Source of the DNA: an uncultured Nitrospiraceae bacterium
GTDB taxonomy: Bacteria; Nitrospirota; Thermodesulfovibrionia; Thermodesulfovibrionales; SM23-35
Length of the DNA stretch: 64,000 nt
Direction: 5' to 3'
Assembly: GCA_963727775.1 (NCBI GenBank)
Contig: CAVSHB010000001.1
Coordinates: forward strand, 1,440,001-1,504,000
Shown: positions 9,366 through 18,822 of the stretch, one piece after another
How the letters are laid out: each line of letters opens with the position of its first letter
How positions within the stretch are numbered: the first letter of the stretch is position 1
Notes under the pieces: model-generated
Told to the model about the DNA's origin: nothing
What the model saw: only the letters and a program-made list of their open reading frames with translations
Database searches by the model: none
Made by a program: the position numbers and the translations under genes

Positions 9366-12300
9366 ATGAAAGCCCCTGAGATTACTATTATAATGCCCGC
9401 CTATAACCACGAGCAATTTATCGGTGAGGCTATTGAAAGCGTCCTTTCCCAAACGTTTTGGAACTTTGAATTGATAATCATCAATGACGGCTCCACCGAC
9501 AAGACTGAATCCGTGATAAAAAGATATGGCGACCAACGAATCAGGTATTATCGTCAGGAGAACCAGGGTTCCTGCCACACTCACAACCGAGGCATACAGC
9601 TCGCCGGGGGAGAGTATATCTCCATAATAGATTCCGATGATGTCTATCATCCTGAACGGCTTGCTGTACTACTTGATACTGCGAGGAGCTGCGATCTTGA
9701 CTTTCTGATCACCGATATGAACCTAATTGATCAGCACTCCGCGATAATCGACGATCCGGATCACTGGTGGATAAAATGGTATGAGCACCTCAAGTTGGCA
9801 TACAGAACTTCAGATTCACCGGATAAGGCCCTACTCTCAGGGAATTTTACGATTACGACTTCTAATTTCTTCTTCAATTCGCGGCTCGTTAAAGAGATCG
9901 GGGCATTCAAACCCTATACGTATATACTCGATTATGACTTTGCCTTCAGGGCAGCCCGAAACCGTCCGAGAAGTTTCGTGTTCCTCGATGACAGGAAACT
10001 GCTCTCCTACAGGTTGCACGGCCAGAATACCATTCTCAGAAACCCGCTGGGCGCTAATTACGAGACGTTCTATTTCCTGGTTAATGCGATCAAGGGCGTT
10101 TTCGGCCCGGATATGGAGATACCCGTGGAGCATCTCAACAAGATAAGGCGGTATCTGGTAAAAGAGCTGACGCTCAGACGGAAAAAAGATATTGCCGCAA
10201 TAAGCAAGGACCTGACGGCTGCGATTGAAATCAAGTCCGCGGAACTGGCGGAAAAATCTGTAGAAGTGGCGCAGAAGTCCACTGAACTCGAGTTTGCCTC
10301 GCGAGAGTTGACTTTGACTATTCAGGAACTCCATGAAGTGGAGAGAAGACTCAGTGAAGAAGCGGGTTTCAACCAGAGGCAACTGAATGAGTTCTATTTT
10401 ATAAAGAATTCTTTTAGTTTTAGAATCGGAAGGCTCTTAACCCTGCCTTTGCGCACGCTCAGTAGGAACCCTCTGACGCCGATGAATGCAACGGCCCGGG
10501 ACATCTGCGACCTTCATGCTAAGCTGGACCCCGTTGTCCCTCACGTCGATGTCATCTCCTTTGACATTTTTGACACCATCTTTGAACGGGACATCGACCC
10601 TCCCGACAAGGTAAAGGAAATAGTTGCTCGGCGTGTCGCCGCGATTCTTAAGGACGTCTATCACATCACCTGCTCGCCTCTTGAACTTCTCAGGCTGAGG
10701 GACTCCATAGAGTCGAAGCTGAGACGGGATGCGTTGAACAACGGGAGTGACTATGAATGCCGTTACAGCGATATCGTGAAGGAGATGGTTACCGTAATCC
10801 TCGGAGAGTATGACGAAAAGCTCTATAAGGAAATGATAGAGGAAGAAATCAACGTCGAGGATGAGGTCCTCTATGTAAAGGAAGGGATGAGAGAACTATT
10901 GAAGGAACTGCGGGACAGAGAGAAAAGGATAATCGCTATATCGGACATGTATCTGGATAAAGAGCATATCAGGAGGATCCTGCAGCGCAAGTCCCTGGAC
11001 CATTATTTTCGTGATATCTACGTCTCATCCGAGTCGGGAATCTGCAAGTACTCCGGCAATCTCTTCAGGCACGTCCTGTTACGCGAGAGGGTCCTGCCGG
11101 GACAGATGATCCACATTGGCGATAACAGAATATCCGACCACCGTGTTCCCATGAGGCTTGGAATTCACACGATCTATCTCAAAGACGTGTCACACCTTAG
11201 AAGGAAATATGTTTTAAAAACATACAACAGGCTGGCAACGAGGAATTCCTACTGGAAGGGAAGACATCTTCTTCAGTTGGTTCGTCCTTTGAGGGGAGGC
11301 GAAGACTTTTTTTACACCTATGGCTTCTCCTTCCTCGGACCCGTTTACTCGGCGTTTGTTTACGGAGTCATCGAAACAATAAAGAAACAGAACATCAGGA
11401 AAGTCTATTTCCTTGCAAGGGAAGGGGAGCTTTTCCTACGTCTCTTCAACACGTTTGAGAGCCATTTCTTTGAAAAGGGAACTGCGCCGGATAAGCAATA
11501 CATATACCTCACAAGAAAATCCACCGCACTTGCATCTGCCTATCAGGGGCTTTCTTACCAAAAGGCGATTATGGCACTCTACAATCCAAAGCAGCAGGGA
11601 CTGCAATCCATATGCGACGTCTTCGGGTTGCCCTCCGGGGAGTTCACGGACATCGCCGGACGGTATGGCCTCACCGACATGAGAAAACCCCTACATGACT
11701 GGCATGACGAGCGCTTCAAGAAGCTGTTGATGGACGCGAGGTTACAGGATATCGTCACGAGATATGCCCGCGCAGACAGAGAACTCCTCGCACGTTATCT
11801 CGAACAAATCGGATTTTTCAATAATAGCGCTGTTGCTTTCGTGGACGTAGGATGGAATGCAACGATTCAGAAATTTGTCCAAGACGCTTTCATCGAAAGA
11901 GCTGATTACCCTCACATCTACGGCCTCTATCTGGGCTTCGTTGATGGGATCAGGCATGCCTTCGACCCGCAGAAGAACACGATTCAGGGCTTCTTCTATG
12001 ATTATCGCCGCAATGACCCTGCCGAAAAGATACTCAACAGATTTAAGGAGATATTCGAGGAGGGAGCGCGTGCCATGCATTCCACGACAATCGGGTACAG
12101 ACGTAATTCTGAGACGGAACTGATTGAACCCGTTTTCAAGAACGATCGGGCATATGACAGAACAGTAGAACTTTTGCATAACGGAAAGATAGCGCAGATC
12201 CAGCTTGGGGCCCTCAGTTTCTCGATGGAATTCATCAGGGCTGTCCACCTTACCGGGTATTCCTTTGAAGATATCAAGCCTTTTCTCCTGACCCTCATCG

Positions 12301-12554
12301 AGCGGTGTATCGCGTTCCCGGGAAGCGAAGAGACAAAGAGCCTGATGGACCTGAAACATTCGGAGGATTTCGGTTATGAAAATGTAATGGACTTAACCTC
12401 GGACAAAATAAGCAGCCTTAAGACCATCCTCCATCCGGGCAAATTCGTGAACAAGATCAAATATTCTAACTGGCCGTACGGGACAGCGAGGTCGTCAGGC
12501 ATTCCGGGAATCAACCTGCTTGTGAGGCTGTATGATCTGTTGTGGAGGCCCTGA
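9366..12554 (+). CDS. GT2 glycosyltransferase - coiled coil - HAD-superfamily hydrolase fusion
   Basis: IIMPAYN, INDGSTD, DSDD; heptad segment ending SFSFRIGR; SFDIFDT, SDMYL, HIGDN..SD, FLAREG, VDVGW. Confidence 0.88.
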   Translation: MKAPEITIIMPAYNHEQFIGEAIESVLSQTFWNFELIIINDGSTDKTESVIKRYGDQRIRYYRQENQGSCHTHNRGIQLAGGEYISIIDSDDVYHPERLAVLLDTARSCDLDFLITDMNLIDQHSAIIDDPDHWWIKWYEHLKLAYRTSDSPDKALLSGNFTITTSNFFFNSRLVKEIGAFKPYTYILDYDFAFRAARNRPRSFVFLDDRKLLSYRLHGQNTILRNPLGANYETFYFLVNAIKGVFGPDMEIPVEHLNKIRRYLVKELTLRRKKDIAAISKDLTAAIEIKSAELAEKSVEVAQKSTELEFASRELTLTIQELHEVERRLSEEAGFNQRQLNEFYFIKNSFSFRIGRLLTLPLRTLSRNPLTPMNATARDICDLHAKLDPVVPHVDVISFDIFDTIFERDIDPPDKVKEIVARRVAAILKDVYHITCSPLELLRLRDSIESKLRRDALNNGSDYECRYSDIVKEMVTVILGEYDEKLYKEMIEEEINVEDEVLYVKEGMRELLKELRDREKRIIAISDMYLDKEHIRRILQRKSLDHYFRDIYVSSESGICKYSGNLFRHVLLRERVLPGQMIHIGDNRISDHRVPMRLGIHTIYLKDVSHLRRKYVLKTYNRLATRNSYWKGRHLLQLVRPLRGGEDFFYTYGFSFLGPVYSAFVYGVIETIKKQNIRKVYFLAREGELFLRLFNTFESHFFEKGTAPDKQYIYLTRKSTALASAYQGLSYQKAIMALYNPKQQGLQSICDVFGLPSGEFTDIAGRYGLTDMRKPLHDWHDERFKKLLMDARLQDIVTRYARADRELLARYLEQIGFFNNSAVAFVDVGWNATIQKFVQDAFIERADYPHIYGLYLGFVDGIRHAFDPQKNTIQGFFYDYRRNDPAEKILNRFKEIFEEGARAMHSTTIGYRRNSETELIEPVFKNDRAYDRTVELLHNGKIAQIQLGALSFSMEFIRAVHLTGYSFEDIKPFLLTLIERCIAFPGSEETKSLMDLKHSEDFGYENVMDLTSDKISSLKTILHPGKFVNKIKYSNWPYGTARSSGIPGINLLVRLYDLLWRP

Positions 12555-12799
12555 GAGCTGTGAACAATTCCTATTTTAAGAAGGACCTGGATATTCTCCG
12601 ATGCGGTCTTCCGTCTGTCCTGCTTGTTGCCTTGGTTCATCGGGTAATGTTCAGGATCAGACGTGGGCATCCTCTTTTTTCCCCACGACTCTCCGAGTGG
12701 GCAATTGCTTTAGCAGCGCACCGGTTTTTCCACGTATTCCATATTGGTTATAATCTCAGGAACGTGGTGAGGAAGATCAAGGCAAGGCTGCGGGGTTAA
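12542..12799 (+). pseudogene. Possible C-terminal gene remnant or small hypothetical ORF
   Basis: 85-aa ORF overlapping the previous stop, no recognisable RBS. Confidence 0.25.
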
Positions 12800-12833
12800 G
12801 AAGTCCTTCCGGGCGTGTTCCCGCAACAAGCAG

Positions 12834-13688
12834 TTACCAGACGGAACGAAAGGGAAAGTGCTTCAGATAGAACCTCATGAGCCCCCGATAGAACATTAAC
12901 CACTTTTTTTTATATCCCAACCGCTTCACTGAAGCGCTCCTATGGTGGATCGCTTTTGCCTCGGGGAAAAGATAGATCCTATAGAGAGTATTCGTATAAA
13001 GCCTGTAGCACCAGTCCACGTCATTGAAAAAAATGGGAAAGCCTTCGTCCATAGGTCCCACCGAATCCCAGCATTTCCTTTTGACCATCAGAGCCGACGC
13101 CATAGGCTGCTGTACAATCCTCGTACTAAGATGTTCCTCTTCCTTCAATGTCCACCGCCGATAATGCCCAATCTTGTCGATACCGAAATATTCCATCAAG
13201 AGCGCCGGAAGCGTCGGGAAACGGCTGCATGATATCTGCTTTCTCCCGTCGGGGTAATATAACCTGGGTACAACGGCTCCTGCGTCCGGATTGGTGATAA
13301 GGAAGGAGAAAAGCATCTTCACGCTGTTTTCAGCCAGTGTGATATCGTTGTTAAGAAGAAAGATAGGATCCCCTGTTGACAATTTTACGCCCTGGTTGAC
13401 TGCCTCCGCATATCCGCGATTGGTATCGTTCTGTACCCACATCACTCCGGGAAAGGTTTTCTTGATATGCGCGGCGCTGTTATCTTCCGACGCATTGTCC
13501 ACCACGATTATCTCAAGAGAGAGAGAGGCATCGGTTTCGTATATTGAAGATATGCACTCGTGGAGCAATTGCCTGTGGTTCCAGTTGGCGATGATGAAGG
13601 AGACCTTGCAGCCGTCTGTGATCGATCCGGTGTCACTGAGCTTTGCTCTGTAATCAGAAGCTTGCACTATATCGTCATTCGCTTTCAT
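12834..13688 (-). CDS. GT2 glycosyltransferase (WbbL/rhamnosyltransferase-like)
   Basis: IIANWN, VVDNASED, NRGYAEAVNQG, LLNND, FFNDVDWCYR. Confidence 0.88.
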   Translation of the reverse strand: MKANDDIVQASDYRAKLSDTGSITDGCKVSFIIANWNHRQLLHECISSIYETDASLSLEIIVVDNASEDNSAAHIKKTFPGVMWVQNDTNRGYAEAVNQGVKLSTGDPIFLLNNDITLAENSVKMLFSFLITNPDAGAVVPRLYYPDGRKQISCSRFPTLPALLMEYFGIDKIGHYRRWTLKEEEHLSTRIVQQPMASALMVKRKCWDSVGPMDEGFPIFFNDVDWCYRLYTNTLYRIYLFPEAKAIHHRSASVKRLGYKKKWLMFYRGLMRFYLKHFPFRSVW

Positions 13689-13694
13689 GAGAGT

Positions 13695-14684
13695 TCACAC
13701 TTCGATGTGCGCCAACCGTATCAACCTAAGAAACCACTGTCTTATTCTATAAGACCTGGTCAAAAGTCTCCATCCCCGCATAGCATGGATGCTCTGTATA
13801 TACGAATCTCTTTCTTGCAAAATATTTCTGAGATCATTTGCGACACCTTCGAGGTTATGGATGCGAACCTCAAGCTCTCTCAGGCAAGCCTCTTTTTGGG
13901 CAATCATTACATCTTTTCTATATAGTTTCTCCCTCATGGTGAACACGATACCGAGAGGAAGTTTTGCCCGGTGTTTCTCATAAAGTTTTACAGTCGCCTC
14001 CCTCAATACTTCAGGAGGGCTCTTGAAAGCAATCTGCAAATCGTCCCTCTGATAATATACTGACGTAATTTTGTCAACATAATGGAACGGCGCTGCCTCT
14101 CCGGCTCTTATGAGCATATCCCAATCTTCGTAGAGCTCAAAGGACTCATCGAACATGAAGCTTCTCAGGGTAGCTGCCCTGAATAGCAGGGAGATAAGCG
14201 GTATGTAGTTTCCTATGAGAAGATCATCGTAAGAGAAAGGTGTCGCAAATGTTCCTTTCAGGTGACTGCTCACCCGGGTACCCTCACTGTCCAGTACTTC
14301 ATCTACGAACTCAACTGCGCCATAGGCAACATCACACCCTGACCCGCTCAAGGAAGCGACAAGGGTTCCCAGATGCTCAGGATAGAACTCGTCGTCATCG
14401 TCCAGGAACCCGACATATTCCCCTTTGGCGTTTCTTATACCTTCGTTCCCTGCATGCGCCCTCCCAGTGTTCTGCTCCAGTGGCAGGTATTTCAGGGGTA
14501 TATCGCCTATGACGCTTCTCAGCGCCGTTGTATCCAGTGGGCAGCCCCCGTCATTCACCACCACGACCTCTATCGAGCGGTAGGTCTGAGCAGCAATACT
14601 CCGGAGCGCCCTCATCAGCAGCTTCGGCCTATCCTTTGTCCTGACTATTATCGAGACTAATGGGATAACGGTTGACTCAGTCAT
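13695..14684 (-). CDS. GT2 glycosyltransferase with C-terminal coiled coil
   Basis: VSIIVRTKDRP, VVNDGG, FLDDDD, YEDWDM. Confidence 0.9.
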   Translation of the reverse strand: MTESTVIPLVSIIVRTKDRPKLLMRALRSIAAQTYRSIEVVVVNDGGCPLDTTALRSVIGDIPLKYLPLEQNTGRAHAGNEGIRNAKGEYVGFLDDDDEFYPEHLGTLVASLSGSGCDVAYGAVEFVDEVLDSEGTRVSSHLKGTFATPFSYDDLLIGNYIPLISLLFRAATLRSFMFDESFELYEDWDMLIRAGEAAPFHYVDKITSVYYQRDDLQIAFKSPPEVLREATVKLYEKHRAKLPLGIVFTMREKLYRKDVMIAQKEACLRELEVRIHNLEGVANDLRNILQERDSYIQSIHAMRGWRLLTRSYRIRQWFLRLIRLAHIEV

Positions 14685-14707
14685 TTTCCAGGGTGTTGAA
14701 TATATGT

Positions 14708-14830
14708 TTATAGTTTACCCAAAACGGGACACCCATAGAATCCCCTGATGTACTTCACTGTTACTGTTAAGGTCGCCTTTTTCAGGGCGTAAACATAGCC
14801 ACAGGCGGAACTGCATTTATATTTTGCCAC
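14708..14830 (-). pseudogene. Decayed rubredoxin
   Basis: MAKYKCSSACGYVY; shifted frame gives PEKGDLNSN; later CPVLG with the fourth Cys lost; GGAG RBS. Confidence 0.7.
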
Positions 14831-14937
14831 TTGTGTATCTCCGTTTTGAAAAAATCAACGGTAAAAAATATGGTCCAATAAAAATATTTTAACAGAATTT
14901 GCTTCTGAATAAGAAGTATGAAGAATTGAAAAAGAGG

Positions 14938-14983
14938 GAGTTATCAGAGGATGCAGTAGAAATACTGCATCCTCTGATAACTC
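14938..14983 (-). terminator. Intrinsic terminator after nrfA
   Basis: Perfect 21-bp stem GAGTTATCAGAGGATGCAGTA with a 4-nt loop; T tract follows on the minus strand. Confidence 0.85.
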
Positions 14984-15001
14984 TTATTTAATTACAGTGG
15001 A

Positions 15002-16468
15002 CTAAAATTTCTCCTGTAGTCCGTAAGGGTCTTTGATTTCCATGGAGGATTTGAATTTTATTTTTTTCTCACCTCTGTTTTCCACGTATTTGTTCAACTC
15101 AAGATCAACCTTTACAGGCACATCAATTCCCGCCTTGGCTAAAGCTTCTCTGAGATATCCTTCAGCTTTGCCGGCAAAGGCAATAGAATCTCCAAGAACT
15201 CTCAACGCTTCTGCGGGGTTATGGAAGCCGACGGAATTTTCAGCTCCCACAAAAATATTACGATAGAAAGCTTCTTCATAATAATCTTTGGCCTTGTCGT
15301 ATAAGGCTTTGTCGATATTCTTGCCTGAAGCCTGGGCATTATGGACTTTCTCAAAAAGTTTTGCGACTGTTGCATTCGCGTATCCGGCACGTATTATGAG
15401 CGATACGGTCCTGTCCTGAATAGTTTCTACCTGTGTCCTCAGCCATTCTGGACTTTCTGAATGGCATTGGACGCAAGCCCTGAGGTCCGTCTTCATCGGA
15501 CTTGTAACACGGTGGTTTGAAACCTTATAAGCGCCGACTTTTGTATAGGGCATATGACAATCCGCGCATGCCGCGCCGGCTTTCCAATGTACGCTGTTAT
15601 TGGTAAACAATTCAAACTCGGGATGACGTATGAACGGCAGCTTGAAGCCGGTGACGTTCTGTTTCCATTCGAGATATGAAGGATCACTGCGCAGCTTCTT
15701 GATAATATTCTCGACTGTAATGCCTCCCATTTTGCTCCCCTGCCAGGGGAAGAAAACCCCGATTGATTTCATGTCCTTGTCTTTAACGATGTTGTAAGTG
15801 ACATGGCATTGCGCGCAGACAATGCTTCTCATTTCCTGACGGGTAAGTTTCTCAGGCTCCACACTTAAATCTTTCAAGGCAGGACCCATTACAAATCCTC
15901 TCGATATCTTCAGGGACATGTCCCTGTTGTCATGACAGTCGATGCAGGCAACGCCAAGTTTATTGTATTGCGCGGGAATCCTGGCGTAGACATCTTTGTA
16001 GGGCATTTTGTAATAATCGACCCCCATCTCTTTTTCGAGTTTAGGGGCATAAGGGGTTTTACACGTAAGGCAGACACCACCGGCCTTTACCCTCCCTGCG
16101 TCTATATCGAGCTGATCGATGACCATGTAAGCATGTCCTCGCGGTTCGTTGTATTCAGTACCAAAACCCCATCCGTTGAACAGCAGCGCCATATAAGGAT
16201 ATTCAGACAATTTATCGTACATTATCCTTTCAGCATCGAACCCCTTCTTATATTTGCTTTTGCGTTCCGAGGGCTCGGACGTCTTTTTCCAAAGGTCATA
16301 CTCGAAAGGATAAGCCTTCCCCCAGTTTGCAGGGTCGACATCGCAGTCTGCGATTTTCACCGGCCTGACAGGCTCTGTCTTGGGCGGAGGACAGCCATAC
16401 AAGAATAACAAAGTGCCTGTTATCATTACGGTGATACCCACCAATAAAACAAATCTTCTATTTTTCAT
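15002..16468 (-). CDS. nrfA: Ammonia-forming pentaheme cytochrome c nitrite reductase
   Basis: CLTCK plus four CxxCH motifs; YNEPRGH; ENSVGFHNP; lipoprotein-like N-terminus. Confidence 0.96.
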   Translation of the reverse strand: MKNRRFVLLVGITVMITGTLLFLYGCPPPKTEPVRPVKIADCDVDPANWGKAYPFEYDLWKKTSEPSERKSKYKKGFDAERIMYDKLSEYPYMALLFNGWGFGTEYNEPRGHAYMVIDQLDIDAGRVKAGGVCLTCKTPYAPKLEKEMGVDYYKMPYKDVYARIPAQYNKLGVACIDCHDNRDMSLKISRGFVMGPALKDLSVEPEKLTRQEMRSIVCAQCHVTYNIVKDKDMKSIGVFFPWQGSKMGGITVENIIKKLRSDPSYLEWKQNVTGFKLPFIRHPEFELFTNNSVHWKAGAACADCHMPYTKVGAYKVSNHRVTSPMKTDLRACVQCHSESPEWLRTQVETIQDRTVSLIIRAGYANATVAKLFEKVHNAQASGKNIDKALYDKAKDYYEEAFYRNIFVGAENSVGFHNPAEALRVLGDSIAFAGKAEGYLREALAKAGIDVPVKVDLELNKYVENRGEKKIKFKSSMEIKDPYGLQEKF

Positions 16469-16477
16469 TCGACCCTC

Positions 16478-16936
16478 CTATAAAGTTTCTCTTATCCCTG
16501 TATGAATATGTGTTATTCTTCTGTGGCAGTCCCAGCATTTTCTTTTTGTGTCCATCAGCATGACAGTCGTTTCGTGACATCGAATGCAATTAGATTGCAG
16601 GACTTCTTTACCGTGTGCCGATATATTAATGCGGTCAGGGACCTGGCCGGAATAAAAAACTACCACGTCTTTTAATCCGTCTATAGATTTCCATAAATAA
16701 TAGACAACCCTGTTTTCATTCGGCAGGTGGCAGTCAACGCACATCTTTCTCCTGTGCGCGCCCGAATGCATCCAGGCCTCATATTCCGCCTGCATGACAT
16801 GGCAGTTTATGCAAAACCTGGAATTTTCGGAGTTGTCAGGCCGGTTTGATTGCCCGAATATCAAAAAAGGCGACAAAAAAATTGCAATAAGCAATAGAGG
16901 AACAATAATGTATAACCGAAAAATAAAATTATTCAT
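16478..16936 (-). CDS. nrfH: Tetraheme quinol dehydrogenase subunit
   Basis: N-terminal TM helix; CINCH, CVDCH, CIRCH, CWDCH; directly upstream of nrfA. Confidence 0.93.
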   Translation of the reverse strand: MNNFIFRLYIIVPLLLIAIFLSPFLIFGQSNRPDNSENSRFCINCHVMQAEYEAWMHSGAHRRKMCVDCHLPNENRVVYYLWKSIDGLKDVVVFYSGQVPDRINISAHGKEVLQSNCIRCHETTVMLMDTKRKCWDCHRRITHIHTGIRETL

Positions 16937-17164
16937 AATATCCGCATCATTTCTTTTAAAAATCCTTAATAATACATTCGCGTTAAAATTTTATCATATG
17001 AACAATTATTGTCAAATTTTTTATTGAAAACTGATCGTGTCCGGAAACGAGCAGAAGATATTGAACAGTTGAACACACTTTATGAAAAAAGTATCTGTTA
17101 TAATAAAAAAGTTTTTTATAACATTCGCAGATTTTCAATTAGAAGGCTTAGAGGTGATTTCCTA

Positions 17165-18790
17165 ATGTCTATAGAGGACGAAGTTCGTTCGATATTTCCT
17201 GATGAGAACAGTGTTCCTGCAGGGTTTCGCATGGATGATCAGGTTGTTCAGCGCGAATACCTTATTAATGGAGAATTGCGCAATTGGGACGGACGGATGC
17301 AGGAAGTCCTTTCCCCGGTATTTTTCAAAGGCCCATCAGGTTTCATACAAAAAGTAATCGGAAAGTATCCTTTGTTGACGGAGAATGAATCTCTTAGTGC
17401 CCTTGGTGCGGCTGTCCGCGCATATGATAACGGCAGAGGGCTATGGCCGACGATGCCTGTGAATGACAGGCTTAAGCACATAGAGGAGTTTATATGCAGG
17501 ATGCAGGAAAAGAAGAGAGACATCGTTCTCCTCCTGATGTGGGAAATAGGCAAGTCTTATGAGGAATCTGAGAAAGAGTTCGACAGAACTGTTGATTACA
17601 TAAAAAATACCATTAACGCATTAAAGGATATTGACCGTGTATCATCAAAGTTTGTTGCCGAGCAGGGAATAATAGGACAGATAAGGAGGGCGCCCCTGGG
17701 AGTGGTCCTTTGTATGGGACCATTCAATTATCCTTTGAACGAGACCTTTACAACGCTTATACCTGCTCTAATGATGGGTAACACTGTTATCTTCAAACCT
17801 CCAAAGATCGGGGTGCTTCTCCATTATCCTTTACTGAAGGCCTTGCAGACATCTTTTCCTCCGGGTGTAGTGAATACCGTTTACGGAGACGGCAGGCAGG
17901 TCATAACTCCACTCCTTGCTTCAGGCAAGATCGATGTTCTTGCCTTTATCGGATCCAGTAAGGTTGCCGACCTGCTCAAGAGTCAGCACCCTAAACCGCA
18001 TCGTCTGAGATCGGTCCTCGGGCTTGAAGCAAAAAATTCTGCAATTATTCTCTCTGATGCGGACATGGATACGACTGTCCGGGAATGTGTGATGGGAAGC
18101 CTTTCCTTCAACGGCCAGAGGTGTACCGCATTAAAGATATTGTTTGTCCATTCCCGCATTGTCGATATATTTCTCGATAGGTTTGCTGATGCGCTCGGGA
18201 GACTGAAATTCGGTATGCCCTGGGAAGAGAATGTCACAATAACCCCTTTACCTGAACCGGACAAAACCGCGTATCTCGCCGGACTTATTGAAGAAGCCCG
18301 GGACAAAGGCGCCCGGGTAATAAATAAAGCCGGCGGTACTGTAAATAAGACGTTCTTCTATCCTGCTTTGATGTATCCTGTCAATTCTAAAATGAGATTA
18401 TACACTGAAGAGCAATTCGGGCCGATTGTGCCTGTTGTGCCGTTCGATGATATCAACAGGCCCATTCAGTATATTATCGAATCGAGCTACGGGCAGCAGG
18501 CAAGCATATTCGGGAAAGACGCCGACGCTATCGCAAACCTTGTTGATGTAATGGTCAATCAGGTATGCAGGGTGAATATCAACACAATGTGCCAGCGCGG
18601 TCCCGATATCTTTCCGTTTGCCGGAAGAAAAGATTCAGGGGAGGGGACCCTTTCGGTCTCCGACGCCCTGCGGGTTTTTTCGATACGGACAATCGTGGCA
18701 ACAAAAGACATCGAGGTTAATAAGGCAGTACTTGAAAAAATTGTAAAGGAAAAGAAATCGAACTTCCTTTCGACCTGGTGTAACCCATAA
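17165..18790 (+). CDS. gapN: Non-phosphorylating NADP-dependent glyceraldehyde-3-phosphate dehydrogenase (ALDH family)
   Basis: GPFNYPLNE, FIGS, LGLEAKN, SFNGQRCTA, EEQFGP, RKDS; GAGGTG RBS before ATG 17165. Confidence 0.82.
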   Translation: MSIEDEVRSIFPDENSVPAGFRMDDQVVQREYLINGELRNWDGRMQEVLSPVFFKGPSGFIQKVIGKYPLLTENESLSALGAAVRAYDNGRGLWPTMPVNDRLKHIEEFICRMQEKKRDIVLLLMWEIGKSYEESEKEFDRTVDYIKNTINALKDIDRVSSKFVAEQGIIGQIRRAPLGVVLCMGPFNYPLNETFTTLIPALMMGNTVIFKPPKIGVLLHYPLLKALQTSFPPGVVNTVYGDGRQVITPLLASGKIDVLAFIGSSKVADLLKSQHPKPHRLRSVLGLEAKNSAIILSDADMDTTVRECVMGSLSFNGQRCTALKILFVHSRIVDIFLDRFADALGRLKFGMPWEENVTITPLPEPDKTAYLAGLIEEARDKGARVINKAGGTVNKTFFYPALMYPVNSKMRLYTEEQFGPIVPVVPFDDINRPIQYIIESSYGQQASIFGKDADAIANLVDVMVNQVCRVNINTMCQRGPDIFPFAGRKDSGEGTLSVSDALRVFSIRTIVATKDIEVNKAVLEKIVKEKKSNFLSTWCNP

Positions 18791-18822
18791 AAGAACCACC
18801 CCGAAACTATCTGTGTTAAGAA

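Noticed and set aside
14938..14983. 21-bp perfect hairpin as a mobile repeat
   Set aside because: Single copy, directly after the nrfA stop, with a T tract; a terminator explains it.
17009..17164. 52-aa N-terminal extension of GapN
   Set aside because: AT-rich promoter region; a good RBS precedes ATG 17165. Starts of pepF, the RsbU-like gene, mlaE, rlmN and the RelB-like gene were trimmed for similar reasons.
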